DNA of 63,890 bases, the filler included, from Stramenopiles sp. TOSAG23-2 (lineage: Eukaryota): NCBI GenBank assembly GCA_900128395.1. It is 3 parts of 3 records of this genome, joined end to end, with 100 filler letters (N's around TTAATTAATTAA, not from the genome) between each part and the next. Parts side by side here need not be neighbours in the genome. Positions count along the whole stretch, not along the records: positions 1 to 21,876 come from LT649525.1; 2 more parts are not named here. One strand, written 5' to 3'. Under the pieces are notes generated by a model that saw only the letters and a program-made list of their open reading frames with translations, was not told the origin of the DNA and searched no databases. A program made the position numbers and the translations under genes. Positions 1 to 13,000 of this stretch are shown here, in pieces (position 1 is the stretch's first letter; every line of letters starts with the position of its first letter).

Positions 1-3
1 ACC

Positions 4-2913
4 ATGGATAAGGAAAAAAATTCATTTGTACATAATGAAAAATACCAAGTCAGATACGACCAATCGTATGCGCAAATGACCGGCAATGTTGGAAAGTTAG
101 TTGCATTTGATATTACTAAATTAAGCAAAAAAAAGTACAAAAAGTTTAAAAAATTGTTAAAAGATTGTCCAGAACTCTCAAACGATGAAAATAACATAGT
201 AGATTACAATGCGGAAAGTAAACCCGTGCAACTACAAATTCAACATTCTTCATTTTTGGGTGGAAAAACGAAGAAATTTGTTAATTATCAAGGACGATTA
301 ATGATACATCTCCCTCAGCAAATAATAGGCGACACACTTGATCCAGCTCCATGTGTAGTTTTGCATTGCTCGCCAAATACAGAGAATGAGAAAGAAAAAA
401 ATAATTTAGACGATATTCATATTATTATGGATGAAGATTCAATTACAAATGAATTAGGTACCATAAAAAAAGAAGATTTTTGTTTCGAAATTAAACGCGA
501 TGATGAAGCAGTATCAATTGTTGATAAAAAACACAAAAGACCATTATTGATGGATGATCGATTAACGTCTGATAATAACGACAAAGAAGATGATGGGGAA
601 AAAAAGAAAAAGAAGAAAAAACACAGGAAAAAAAAGAAAATATATGTAGATGAAATGGTACTATCAGCAGATACTGCGGACGATCTTGAAGATTGGCTGT
701 CGGATATTAAAGAAACGACCAGAATATGTCGAAAAATTGTAAAGTATGTGGATGCTATCTATGAGAAAGAAGTAGAATCAAGAGAAGAAGAGGATAATAT
801 TAAATGGTTAGAAAATCAAACTGAGTTGCAATATAAAAATAATAATAATAGTAGTGATGATGATGATGCACCGGAAGTTGAAAGTAGTGATATACAAAGT
901 GAGCAGCATAAAAAATATGATATGAAAAAAGATCATGGAGGGAATGAATTTGAAGATGATGAGGATGACAATGATGTTAGTGATAGTATTGCTAAATCAC
1001 GCGAAAAAGCAAGAAAGAAACGCATGGAAAATATGCAAATAATTACTGGCAAAGGAACTATGACTGACGAAGAGGAAGAAGCATTTTGGGAGGCAAGGTC
1101 ATTGGATCCATATAAAGAACACCGGAAAAAAATGGAAAATATAAAAGAAGAGTTTTACGAAGCGGAAATTGCATCTACTAAACTGATTGACGAGATCGAA
1201 AAAGCAGAATCCCCAGAGCAAGAATTTACAGTGCATCATATTACAGTTCCTGCAAAAACATATAATTTACAAAATGAAATTTTAGTCACTGCAGAACGTG
1301 CACATGGCACAGCTGTATCATCAGAAGCCTTAAAATTTATATCCAAAACTGTACATGATGAATATGTAAAAAATAAAAAAAATAAAACAAAATACAAAAT
1401 GGGTAAAAGCAATGCTTCAACAAATAGTACAAATGGTACATTTTTAGAAAATAGTAGCAATGGAACAAATATCTCATTTACAGGAGGGTCTCAATTGTAT
1501 TCTACTGCATCAACCGCAACATCTTCAGATTTTAGGCCAAACATATTACGCTCAGAAAGTGAATGGGATACGAAAATTGAGTTTTTCCAAGCTCGTGTAA
1601 AAGGCTTGTGTGAAGAAGCAGATTTATTTGTTATTGATTCAAAATTACTGGGCGACTTGGATATGTACGGTGGATTTAGATTAGAGGACAAGTTTGAAGT
1701 CGAAAGGAAGCTGAAAACAGCTGGCAGACCATTGAAAATCAACTTCAAGTTAATCAAAAAAGAACTATATGCTGAATGTGATTATTGGTTTGAAGAATTA
1801 GGAAGGCCAACTCATCCAGTGCGCTTAGCTCGTCATGGTCAATTGTTATTGGACAGAAATTCATTATATGATGACTTGCTGGATTTGAATGATCGTTTAC
1901 GTGATGCAGAAAATAAAGCGTTACCATACATTGAAAAGCTTGAATCGTTTTTAGCTTCATATGAGAAACAAGTTAAAGATAATAAAAGGAATTATGGTTC
2001 CAACAATCACAACAATAATATCATTAAGGATTCAACGGAGGTTGTTGTTACTAGGATAATAGAGGGTGAAAATATTTTGCAAAAAAGACGTGTTCAAGAA
2101 TTAAAGAAAGTCTTATTTAAATTTGGTAAGGTTTGGCCACCAGATGAAAGGAAATTTCCAAATCATAAATTGCCAGCTGAAGGTGTCGCATTATATCATG
2201 CATTTATACACAGCGGTCCTGATTCTACACGTTATAATAATACTTTTGAGGTTGCAAAAGCTTTGGATGAAATTATTTCAAATGGAAGGATAGCTGGTAC
2301 GAATTCATTAATTGCAAATAATAAAACGAAGTCATTTGATAAAGTATTAGCTGCTACATTGTTAAAACATGGAATAAATCCAAAAGCATTTGAGGCATCT
2401 GTTGAATATAATAATTATGTTACTGGGCATACGAAAAATATAAATCATACGATCAAATGTATAAAAAAACTGTTAACACGAAAAGAAAATGCACGTACAA
2501 AGCAATTACGTAAATTATTTAATCAGTTTTATCCAAAAACTCATGAAGGCATTACTGCCAAATGCATTTTTAATCATTTATTTAAAAACAATCGAAGCGA
2601 ACATGAGAAAAAATTGTCAATAATTGATTCAAATACTATGGAAGGTAGCTTTCATAATTATTTGCCACAAGTGGTCATACCTTTATATAAGCCAGCAACA
2701 TATAAAAAATGTTTTGAAGAAATAGTCAAATTTCAAGGTACAGGTAAAGACGGTAAAACTTATTCCTCGCATATGAATATAGGTAAAGATGAAAATGATA
2801 ATAAATATGATGATAATAATGATAATGGTATGAGTTTTCGAAATAAAAAAGTTGGTTTCAAACAATTTAAAAATTGGGCTCTTAGTAAGTGGCAACCATG
2901 TTTACGCGTTTGA
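4..2913 (+). CDS. Hypothetical protein with a probable PH domain and acidic/coiled-coil regions
   Basis: 969-aa ORF. 'FCFEI...EMVLSADTADDLEDWLSDIKE' resembles the last strands and Trp-containing helix of a PH domain. The rest is unrecognised. Confidence 0.6.
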   Translation: MDKEKNSFVHNEKYQVRYDQSYAQMTGNVGKLVAFDITKLSKKKYKKFKKLLKDCPELSNDENNIVDYNAESKPVQLQIQHSSFLGGKTKKFVNYQGRLMIHLPQQIIGDTLDPAPCVVLHCSPNTENEKEKNNLDDIHIIMDEDSITNELGTIKKEDFCFEIKRDDEAVSIVDKKHKRPLLMDDRLTSDNNDKEDDGEKKKKKKKHRKKKKIYVDEMVLSADTADDLEDWLSDIKETTRICRKIVKYVDAIYEKEVESREEEDNIKWLENQTELQYKNNNNSSDDDDAPEVESSDIQSEQHKKYDMKKDHGGNEFEDDEDDNDVSDSIAKSREKARKKRMENMQIITGKGTMTDEEEEAFWEARSLDPYKEHRKKMENIKEEFYEAEIASTKLIDEIEKAESPEQEFTVHHITVPAKTYNLQNEILVTAERAHGTAVSSEALKFISKTVHDEYVKNKKNKTKYKMGKSNASTNSTNGTFLENSSNGTNISFTGGSQLYSTASTATSSDFRPNILRSESEWDTKIEFFQARVKGLCEEADLFVIDSKLLGDLDMYGGFRLEDKFEVERKLKTAGRPLKINFKLIKKELYAECDYWFEELGRPTHPVRLARHGQLLLDRNSLYDDLLDLNDRLRDAENKALPYIEKLESFLASYEKQVKDNKRNYGSNNHNNNIIKDSTEVVVTRIIEGENILQKRRVQELKKVLFKFGKVWPPDERKFPNHKLPAEGVALYHAFIHSGPDSTRYNNTFEVAKALDEIISNGRIAGTNSLIANNKTKSFDKVLAATLLKHGINPKAFEASVEYNNYVTGHTKNINHTIKCIKKLLTRKENARTKQLRKLFNQFYPKTHEGITAKCIFNHLFKNNRSEHEKKLSIIDSNTMEGSFHNYLPQVVIPLYKPATYKKCFEEIVKFQGTGKDGKTYSSHMNIGKDENDNKYDDNNDNGMSFRNKKVGFKQFKNWALSKWQPCLRV

Positions 2914-3121
2914 GACACTGTTATTTACACAATTATGTACGAACGTACGAACGTATCATACGAGTATGTATATATTAATATATACGTGATGTAGAGTAGG
3001 AATTATCATGATTAAATAAAAAAATAAGTTATGCATTAATTATTTAAATATGATACACTTAGTACGAATACACGAACCATATACGTATGATATACTCGTA
3101 CGAAACACATATTTTTCGTAT

Positions 3122-3667
3122 TCATGCTCCATCTTCAGCTCCTGCATCCACAGCTGCAGCTTCATTCTCTCTCTTAATATCATCCGGGCTTTTTATTGAA
3201 TATGTTAATGCTTGCCATTCTCCTTCTTTTTCGACTTTATATACAAGTTGTACCGTTTGTTTAGATACCAGGCCTGATTCTTTTGCGTATTGTTTGGGGT
3301 TACCAGACAAATTCAATACTGCATCTCCTTGAAAATCGACCATTAACCCTCTATTATTAAGTACAGTTAAATATGGCGTAATATTTTGTTTCATATAATC
3401 TTCCCATTGCTGTATACTACTTCTTATTTCCTTGATATCATCTGATTCGTCTTCTAAATTTTCAACTTCACCTTCAATTTTAATTTTACGTTCTAGATCC
3501 TGCCCAAGTTCACCTAAAGTGGAATTAGCTATGTTCTGTTTCTCATTAATTTGCTCTAACATTTGTTCTTTCGTATATGTCTTTACATAGTCCAATAAGA
3601 TATTATTTGTTACATTAATATTAAATAAATGTTCTAAATTATCGCCGTAGGTTAATTTAATAAACAT
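3122..3667 (-). CDS. Uncharacterised protein, CXorf65/C22orf15-like N-terminus
   Basis: 181-aa ORF. N-terminus 'MFIKLTYGDNLEHLFNINVTNNILLDYVK' resembles that family from memory, followed by a coiled-coil segment. Confidence 0.5.
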   Translation of the reverse strand: MFIKLTYGDNLEHLFNINVTNNILLDYVKTYTKEQMLEQINEKQNIANSTLGELGQDLERKIKIEGEVENLEDESDDIKEIRSSIQQWEDYMKQNITPYLTVLNNRGLMVDFQGDAVLNLSGNPKQYAKESGLVSKQTVQLVYKVEKEGEWQALTYSIKSPDDIKRENEAAAVDAGAEDGA

Positions 3668-4375
3668 CTTTATTTATAATTTTCTCTTCTTTTCAACGTT
3701 ATTATTTTACAATGTTACAATGTACGATAATTATTGTATTTGATATTGTTGGTCGTTTTCTTCTCCTCTCTTTCTTGTATATGTATAGTCGTACAGTCAT
3801 ACATTACTTTTACGATATGGCATAGGCAACATAGATAATATCTTTCATATCGTATTACACGATAGAAAACGGATTTGTTGTTTCATCATGGCACCATGAA
3901 TGAAACAGCAACAATGTAATAGGTATAGCAGCCTGAAAATGTAATATAGCACTACTCACCATTGAAAGGATTGCCTGGATATTTTGACCAAAAAAATAGA
4001 AGCAAAATTATAATGGTGTCTTAATTCACTTGTTAGAGTATAATAAAGGGAATACATCCTTATATAATATTAATAATTATGGATATTTTAAAAAAAGATG
4101 GGTTGAAACATTGAACAGAAATGTAATATCTGTAATTTAATATCGGGTGCTACTTAGAGAATTAACAAAAATTGAAGAAACAACATTATTTTTACAATTT
4201 TTTAAAAAAGTATAGTTCATTGGTTTGGTTGCCAGAAAATCATTTATATATACTGGGACGACTGACCTATACCACCACGCGCAGTGGTAAGAGTGGCACT
4301 AGATTACTATCAGTTATCAGTTATTACATAATCATTATTGTATATATTTAAAATATGTATATCTTATATATCTTT

Positions 4376-5044
4376 TTATGTTTTATTGGTAAAAATGTTT
4401 GTACTTGTAAATGCTTTTGTGTGCCGTCCAGTTGCAATAAGTGTACCATCTTTCCGTTTCAAATCAACTTGGGTGAATCCTAATTTTTTACCAGTTTTCA
4501 ATACAGTGCCATCAATATAAACATCTTCATTATGCATACCTGCGCGTATAAAATTAACATTAATGTCTACGCTAACTCCAGGTCTTGTCGGATCATTCCC
4601 TAACAATGCCAATGTGCCAACGACATCAACCAAAGTGCAAATTGCACCACCATGTAAATTTTTATTTGCATTATGTAAATGACTTTCTACAGGTATGACA
4701 CATTTTACTTTTCCATCACCAATTTCTAATATTTTTAAATTGGTTAAACATTTATCAAACCTATCTCCAGTATGTGTATATAACCCTAATAAAGCATTCG
4801 CACCCATTGTCCTGGCTTTTTCAATAAATGACAATTTCTCTGCCTTTACCTCTGTCGATTCACTATCATTAAGATTAATATTGCTAAAACATGATGATGT
4901 GGTACTAATGCTATTAAAGAAATATAATTTATTATAATTCTTATTATTATTTACATTATTTATGATGCTGGAAGAAGTTTTCATTTTTTGCTGTTGCTTT
5001 ATCTTGTAAAAGTTGCATATGCGATTCCATTTTATTTTCATCAT
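4376..5044 (-). CDS. ACOT13: Acyl-CoA thioesterase 13 / PaaI-type hotdog thioesterase
   Basis: 'LHNANKNLHGGAICTLVDVVGTLAL', 'PGVSVDINVNF' and 'IATGRHTK' match ACOT13/THEM2. The N-terminal extension may be a targeting peptide. Exact start uncertain. Confidence 0.85.
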   Translation of the reverse strand: MMKIKWNRICNFYKIKQQQKMKTSSSIINNVNNNKNYNKLYFFNSISTTSSCFSNINLNDSESTEVKAEKLSFIEKARTMGANALLGLYTHTGDRFDKCLTNLKILEIGDGKVKCVIPVESHLHNANKNLHGGAICTLVDVVGTLALLGNDPTRPGVSVDINVNFIRAGMHNEDVYIDGTVLKTGKKLGFTQVDLKRKDGTLIATGRHTKAFTSTNIFTNKT

Positions 5045-5412
5045 TTTTTTGATGATATTAACTGATAGTAATATTTCTGATATTTCTTATATTTCTTTTG
5101 ATGAAAGGAAAAGGATTCTATTTTGTTCTTGACATTTTGCTATTCTGTTAATTATATTATTTAACAGAGCAACGCAGTTATTATTACTTGGTATTTAAGT
5201 TGCCAACAAAAACAAAACTTATATATTTATTAAATATATTGTTTTTTTTTTTGTATGTATTATATTGTGGTGTGCTATTATAAAAATTAAAATAAATAAA
5301 ACAATAGATTTTATGTGAGAACGTATGAACCAACAACAATATCAAACATATCAACACACATGCCAATCATTTGATAATAATATAAATAACAATCTACCAA
5401 TACATCATAGCT

Positions 5413-6468
5413 ATGAATCGCATGCAAATGGCTACGAAAATATTGCGTGTATCAATTGTTGGATCACCAAATGCAGGAAAATCAACATTATTGAATTGTT
5501 TTTTTCCATCTCAACAACAAATTGCTGCTGTTTCACCAAAATATAACACGACTCGTGAACAGTATCGCGGTGTATTTACAGACATGGAACGACAGACACA
5601 AATAATATTTACAGATACACCTGGGATCGTGCAACAGGCGGAGAATAGGAAAAGATATTTCCGCACATTAGTAACAGAAGCAGTTGATAGTATTGATCAA
5701 GAAAGTATCGATATTGTATTATTAGTAGTAGATGCTGCGGCGAAGTTATCAAATCGAAGAAAAAATTCCATGTTGAAAGTTAGAGATTTATGTATTCAAC
5801 AAAATGTCGATTTGTTTTTAATTTTAAACAAAATAGATTATATAAAAAATAAGCGTGAATTACTACCATTAACTAATTCGATTAATGATATATTAAAATA
5901 TGAAGAAATTGATATAATATCAAAAAATGTAAACCAAAATAAAAAAATGGAAAAAAAGAAAGGTAAAAACAATAATAGTAATGAAAAAAAAATCAAACAA
6001 TCGAAAAAAACAAATAAAATATTATTCAATGGTCCAAGTGAAGTGCATTATATTTCAGCAAAAGAAAATGATGATGGTGTTGATATTTTAAAAGAGTCAT
6101 TGTTTAATCGTGCATATGAAGGTGAATGGCAATATGATGAAGATGAATTTACTGAATTGGATGATAATGATATAATAGCTGAAATTATACGTGAACAATT
6201 ATTTCAAACATATCAAAAAGAAATACCATATATTGTAGAACAAATGACAACAAATAAAGACCATATAACACCCGAACATTTATTACTTGAACAAACGTTC
6301 TATGTACCAAGAGAATCAATGCGTCGAGTTTTACATGGGAAAAACTTCAGCGTTATCAATAAAATAAGAAAAAAATGTGAAAAAAGATTGACAGAATTAT
6401 ATAATGAATTATATGGTTATGAAAAGGTAACATTGAGATTAGTTGTCAAATTAAAAAAGAGTCGTTAG
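5413..6468 (+). CDS. era: Era-family GTPase (probably mitochondrial, ERAL1-like)
   Basis: G1 GSPNAGKS, 'AAVSPKYNTTR', G3 DTPG, G4 NKID, G5 ISA, and a C-terminal KH-like region 'EIIREQLF...EIPY'. Confidence 0.9.
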   Translation: MNRMQMATKILRVSIVGSPNAGKSTLLNCFFPSQQQIAAVSPKYNTTREQYRGVFTDMERQTQIIFTDTPGIVQQAENRKRYFRTLVTEAVDSIDQESIDIVLLVVDAAAKLSNRRKNSMLKVRDLCIQQNVDLFLILNKIDYIKNKRELLPLTNSINDILKYEEIDIISKNVNQNKKMEKKKGKNNNSNEKKIKQSKKTNKILFNGPSEVHYISAKENDDGVDILKESLFNRAYEGEWQYDEDEFTELDDNDIIAEIIREQLFQTYQKEIPYIVEQMTTNKDHITPEHLLLEQTFYVPRESMRRVLHGKNFSVINKIRKKCEKRLTELYNELYGYEKVTLRLVVKLKKSR

Positions 6469-6723
6469 TAATATAGATCTTGATCTTAGACAGTCGTCTA
6501 TATTTTAGCTCAAACTCTATTTATAGATAAAATGCAATATCCATGTGTACGAATTCGTATGCATATCTGCTCGTTAACTTTAAGGGGAAAAAAATACCAC
6601 ACACTCTCTGTTGGAATAGTAGAAAATACGTTCGTAAAAAATACGCGTATAAAAAAATTTTACCGGGAATAAAATTTTATTTTGTGATACGGCCCATATT
6701 ATGATATTTTACCAAAACCCATT

Positions 6724-8179
6724 TTATAACTCATCCAACATACTTTCAATTGTATTTGTATGACTACTAATTTTTAATATTGAAATCAAAACAATAAACG
6801 CAACTCCCAATGTCAAAACAAATGCAAGCATAATACGACCACAAGTTTTTTTTGGTAAGTTATGAAATACAAAACAATTAACCATATCACCAATTTGTAT
6901 CTCTGTTGAATCAGCACCTTCGCCATCCCATCCGATATGTACACTAAATGTAGGACCTTGCCATTGTTCTTCCCATTCTTTATCAATTGCTTTCAAAGGG
7001 AACATTGATTTTAAAGTCTTTTGCGGCAGTCGTTTGTTTTTTGGATATAGCCAATCGCCTGTCTCTGGATTCCTAGCCGGTACTGTGCAACGTGGACAAC
7101 GTTTTAGATAACGAAATTTAGCATCATTTCCGATTTGAAAGTATTTCCATGTTTCTTCCTCAAATGCATTAGCACTACTATTATTTGCTATAGTATCATC
7201 GCCATTAGTAATTAGCACAACAATATTTGGTCTGAAACATGTAATAGGATGCTTTGATGGTAAATTAGGTTGAACTTCATTATAAATTCTTTTCTTATTA
7301 TTATTGATTGGACTTACTTTACTACTACCATTCATCATCTCATCATTCACTTCATACCTCATTTCATCACGTAATAAATTCAATGAGTTTAATGATGCTA
7401 TATTCAACGGGGAAAAATCACTATAATATACTCGATCTTGTGCTGATACTGGTACATCTCGCATACGAAATGGTGATCCTTTTCCTTCTTTTTGTAAATC
7501 TACATCATGGCTAAAAGGCATTTGTTTTGCTGCGTGTAATCAGATACGGTATTATACATAAAAGCGTGATGTGTTGTTAGAGAGACATTTCTCCTATCTA
7601 GGAGAGGAGATAAACAGAATGTTACTTACGCCCAGCATATGTACTTAAATGTCTTGCAGCGTCTTTGCTACATGCGCGTACTAATACATATGTTGCCAAT
7701 GGCTTTGAACGTCTACCTGTCGATTTTTCTGTATCGTTTAAATATACAGATAACCATCTGGTAACTTCATCGCCACAATTCCATCCAGGCAAAACTCCCA
7801 TAGACCATCCACCGTTCGACGTAGTAGAACGCCCAGCACACTCAACTAAGACTTGTGCATTTTTTTCATATTTCTTTTCATCCGTATAAACTTTTACTTT
7901 CTTTCCCATATTAGGTGCTGATAGTATTAAAACATCTTTTCTATTTTCGTTTTCAAACTCCACTGTAATACTAGCTAATGTTGGTAATTGCCGTTGGGAC
8001 AATGCTTGCTTTTCTGTATATCGATCGCCGTTGATATCAACAATACAAAATATACGATCTAGTTGAAAACCCATTGAATTTAATTTTGTTTTACGTAAAG
8101 AAATAGGTTGGCATGCTTTGATTGGGTATACATACAAGCCTACAACTTTCGCTACATTTGTAGAAGAGTTATTAGACAT
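6724..8179 (-). CDS. MOSC-domain (mARC-like) molybdenum cofactor protein, 2 exons (8179-7630, 7529-6724), C-terminal TM anchor
   Basis: MOSC_N 'LYVYPIKAC...DRIF...LSQRQLPTLA'. MOSC 'FRPNIVV', 'FEEETW', 'CPRCTVP'. Intron 7530-7629 (GTAAGT...CAG) joins in frame as YAG-P-KQMPF. Confidence 0.88.
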
Positions 8180-8930
8180 TTGTGGTGGTTGTTATTGTAT
8201 TGTTTATCTTCTTTCGTTACTTTTGTTTTTCGATCTGATCCTTATGTATAGGATTACTATAATTGTTTTTTTCAAACACACACCCTCTTCCTCTTCCAGT
8301 AATAATGTTATGGCGTAGTAGCCTTTTGTTCTTCAATATTCTATCTTATCCTTGATGTCATCTTTAATATATGTATCCACATGTTTTTTCTTTCTTTTGA
8401 TTCATTCGTAGAACGTAGAATGTAGAATATTGACGACGATGACCGTATCCAAAATCATTTCTTCAGCAGAGAATAGAAAAAGTAAGAGAGAGAAAGAAGT
8501 TGTTTATTAGTCGTCGTCTAGACGAAATAGGAGCTAATATCCCGCCTGTACTATTATATTATATCCTGTGCTGTACTATGCTGTGGTTGGTGCTGTGTGC
8601 TGTGTAATACTAAGTATTTATAGGTTTATTATAATGCTATTTCTATATTAATAGCTGCTAATGCTAACACCAGGGTGGTATTATGGTATAATCCATATGT
8701 ATTGGGAAACAAAATGAATGGCTAAAGCGGCTGATGTGTGATGGAGATTGTACAAACAATATGGATGATGGATGATTGCACCATTTATTCATTGTTCGTT
8801 ATGAATAATATATTATTAGATTGTGTGAAATATTGCAAATAGAAAACCTTCTTATATAGAAATAAGCAAACATAAACATAAGAGTAAGATATTATTAACA
8901 GCAATCACATTATACAAAGAACAAAGCAAC

Positions 8931-9644
8931 ATGGCTACATATTTCATGCAAAATGCAACACGTTTAGTGGCTAGGAACAATGCAATAAGACGTATGGCAA
9001 CAAACAACAAAAAAATGCAATTGAAGAAACAAACAGTATTATCTTTAAATTTTTCCAATAATAGTAGTAGTAGTAGTAGTAGTAGTAATAGTAGATGCAA
9101 TTATAGAATATTGCCTTCTTTCACCGTAACGACACAAACAACAACTTTCCAGCAACAACGTTATTTTCACAATACTAATTTTTCTATGGAAGAAAACACG
9201 GAAGAAATAAAAATTATTACACCAGATTCTCCGCCAGATCCAAAAGTCGAACAAATTTTGGAGGATATACTTAGTTTAAACTTATTGCAAGTTGCACAGT
9301 TAGCAGAAGGTATGAAGGATAAATTAGGTATACAAGATACGCCGATGCCGATGATGGGTGGTGGAATGCCAATGATGGCAGCAGGTGGTGCAGCTGCCCC
9401 TGCGGAGGATGCTGAACCAGCAGAGGAGAAAACAGCATTCGATGTAAAACTTACTTCGTTTGATGCATCTAGTAAAATTAAAGTTATTAAAGAAGTCAGA
9501 GCAATTACAGGTTTAGGTTTAAAAGAGGCAAAAGAATTTGTTGAAGGTGCACCAAAAGTGATTAAAGAAGGATTGAAAAAGGAAGAATGTGAAGAAATCC
9601 AAGAGAAATTGAAAGCGGTAGGGGGAGTTGTAGAAATTGAATAA
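8931..9644 (+). CDS. MRPL12: Mitochondrial ribosomal protein bL12 (L7/L12)
   Basis: '[10 protein letters not shown]', '[28 protein letters not shown]', and an Arg/Ser/Thr-rich presequence. Confidence 0.95.
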   Translation: MATYFMQNATRLVARNNAIRRMATNNKKMQLKKQTVLSLNFSNNSSSSSSSSNSRCNYRILPSFTVTTQTTTFQQQRYFHNTNFSMEENTEEIKIITPDSPPDPKVEQILEDILSLNLLQVAQLAEGMKDKLGIQDTPMPMMGGGMPMMAAGGAAAPAEDAEPAEEKTAFDVKLTSFDASSKIKVIKEVRAITGLGLKEAKEFVEGAPKVIKEGLKKEECEEIQEKLKAVGGVVEIE

Positions 9645-10043
9645 ATACATATACATGTATAATTATATATACATAATTACATGTATACGTGTAAAGAGAC
9701 GGTTACCTGGTATTTTAATATAACGTATCATATTCGTATATATTGACGAGAAGTGAATACGAAATATATATTCAGAGCAGATTTCTTGCATGTACGAGTA
9801 TTAACACACAATAAATCCGAGGTACAAAAACACACGTCGCATATAAATTTAAATAAAAAAATGCGAAAGCGTAAAATAGTTTTTTTTTTCTAAATATTTT
9901 TGTGGATATAATACACGAGTATATATACGAGCGCGTATATGAAAAATTTAAATATCATACGTCTCGTAAAAAAAATATACAATTAATTTAACCTTTTTTC
10001 GGTATGATAATATCTCTCTCTCTCTCTTCCTTTCGCTTTCTCA

Positions 10044-13000
10044 TTAATAAATTGGTTTTTGAGGCGCATTACACCAAGGGCATTTGCCTGTTGCAGCAAC
10101 TACTAAATTCCATGCAGCTTTGTTTGCAACATTATTACAATTGGTGCAGCTGACTCTATTGCTTTGAGAGGTAATTGGATAACCCGTGATAATGCATGCA
10201 TCACTTTGATTTTTACAACTTGGACATGTCAATGTTGCAGTGTAAATTTTATCGTTGCATTTAACGCAATTTCTATTTGTTACTGACTGATCTACTTGCT
10301 GGTTCATACTTATTTGCAATACCCAATCACGGATTTCCTCGCGTGCATCCTCGTCCAAATATTGCTGCTTTGGTAGCGCATAATCAAATGGAGCTGGGAT
10401 ATCCGTGCCCACGAAGTCGCTATTATCAATCATAGTTGCATCTGCCTCCTCAATGGCTTCTGATAAATCCAAATAATGGTTTAAAAACACAAAAGCCATG
10501 GACAAATCATTCGTGTCCCTGCATGCAATACCTGCCTCATAAAATGCTCTGTCAGCTGGAATAACACCACAAAAACGCAACAATGCGACAGCAATCTGTG
10601 CCGCTTCTTTACTATTTCCATTCTCTTCGAATTCCTTTTGCATTGTCATATAATGTGCTACTAATAATGCACGTTCGAAAAATTTCAACGCACCTTGGTT
10701 ACTACTACTATTAGAGGTTTTTCCTTCATATTTCGATCCACCACCAGAATCTCCACCTTTCAACGATTGGACCAAAGAATAGATTAACTTGCGCAAATCT
10801 TTTGTTAAAGATACAATGTCGTTTCCACCACCTTGCACTGACGTTTGCTTTAATGTTCGACCGAAAAATTCTTTGATCAAACCTTTATACAATATGAAAT
10901 TACTGTCATCTGGATCCCCACCAAATCTGCCCAAGACATTGATTGCCTCATTTTGTTTACCATCTTGCACAAGCTGAGATGCGTATTGAGTAGCGTAAAA
11001 GGCACCTTTTTCAGGTGCTTGTTGCTCGCAAATCTCAAATACTCGGTCCCAATCGCCTTTTTGTGCTAAAATATCCAAACCAGCAACTACGTTACCACTG
11101 TTCACGAGGCCGTGTGCGTCACCAGCATTTGCCATGTGACTTTCTTGCGCATTCTCCACCATCTGTCTGTATTGTGGCGCATCTTGCTCTACTAAATTCC
11201 TTGCTTTCTTGAAACATGCACCGGCAATGTATGCTGTCACAGATTCGCGGAACATATCTAAATCTCTGTATAGATCTCCAGCACCTTCGAATCGTTTCAA
11301 AGTGTTTAAGCGACCAGCAACTTCCATGGTTACATCGCGTAAGCGCCTGCGTTCGTGATGTCCGGCTAGTTTTACTGCCTTCTCCCAGATTTCCTCCAAC
11401 GCTGCTAAATTTTTCGCATGGGATTCACTGATGCTTAAATAGGTATCGATAGCACGACCCCAATCACCACTTTCCTCGAAGTTCCTTGCAGCTTGCAACA
11501 AGGCATCAAGATTAGCATCTTTGGATGCTGTTACATGATGCGAGCTGTGAGATTGTCCTTTGTTATTATTAGATGAACCGGATGATTTTTGACCACCTCC
11601 ACTGCCACCACCAGTTGTTGCGCGAGTATAATCTTCATTGATTTCACTTAATTTATGTGGCAAGTGACGTTTTGCAACGCGTATTGCATCTTGCCATCGA
11701 CTTGCTTCTTTGTAGGCTTTCAATGCAAGTTCCGGTTTCTTAGCTGAAATGAATAACGTCTCTGCTCTTGTGAAATCTTTGCGTTCAACTGCTATACGTG
11801 CCTGTGCAACAAATACATCTGGCATGGCACTAGGATCATATTGTTCGGCAACTCGGCCAGCTTGTGCCCAATCTTGCTGATGAATGTACATATCAATGGC
11901 TTCCCTAGGCTTGCCAGCTTTCATAAATTCGGTTTCAGCCTCTGCAAAGCGTTCCTCGTCTTCTAAAAACAATGCATGTTTTAAATGCACTTCTGGTAAT
12001 TTTGATTTTAAACTATTACGTGCTAAACCAAATGCATGTTCGAAGTCACCCGTTTCTACACTGTAATCAATAGCTTGCTCAATTAAGCCTAATTTAGTCA
12101 ATAATTTTGCGCCTTGTTCACCACTTAAATGCATTGCCCATGCGTATGCTACACGTTTCGAAGCTGATAGACCACCATGAACTTTAGCTACGCGGATTGC
12201 TTCGTCCCAATTATCATTTGCACGATACATATTAACCGCACTTTGCCACTCTTGAGCTTCGCAATAATGTTTCTCTGCATCTCGTAAATTGCCTTCCATC
12301 TCCAATTGTTGTGCCAAATGCAAGTGTGTTTCTTTCAACAGCTCCTTGCGGTATGTTTTTACTAAGCGTACCATTTGGTCGTATTTACGTGCTTTTTTAT
12401 ACATATTGATTGCCAAGTCTGGTTCGTTCACAGCTAAATACAAACGTTCTGCTTCTTTCAACTTATTAACACGTTCTAAATCTTGCGCTTGGTTGATATA
12501 TAAATGAGTCGCTTCATTTTCAGACATATAACGTGTTGCAATTTTATGTGCCAACTCCCATTTATTTGCGCGAGTGTACATATCGACAGCATCGCTAGCT
12601 TTTCCTGCTTTGATATAGTATTCCTCTGCTAAATCATATCGTTTCGCCTCGCGGTAATGCGATGCAATCCTGCTATAATATGGCTTGCATGCATCTCCAC
12701 GCATAGTGCTATCAATTAATTGCGCTGCTTTCGTCCATTGCTTCGAATCCAAGGAAGCACGAATTGCTTTCTCGTGTTCTCCAGCTTCGATGTAATGATT
12801 AATCGCAGCATCAACTTGTTTTTGAGAGACCAAGTAATCTCCCCAATCTGCTTCAAGCCTGACGACTTGAGCAGGGAACGAACGCCTTGCCAATTCCACG
12901 GCACGCCTATATGCATTTCCTTTAATATACAACTCCATGGCACGTTCCACATCATCCATACGCTCGTAAAAGTCTCCAGCCTTATCAAACATACCTGCAT

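Noticed and set aside
4269-4302. Helitron 3' end (TACCAC...GTGGTA hairpin then CTAG)
   Set aside because: The stem is weak, CTAG is followed by A rather than T, and no 5' end or second copy is visible.
9060-9095. (AGT)n and (AAT)n tracts as functional repeats
   Set aside because: Ordinary poly-Ser/poly-Asn microsatellites, common across this AT-rich genome.
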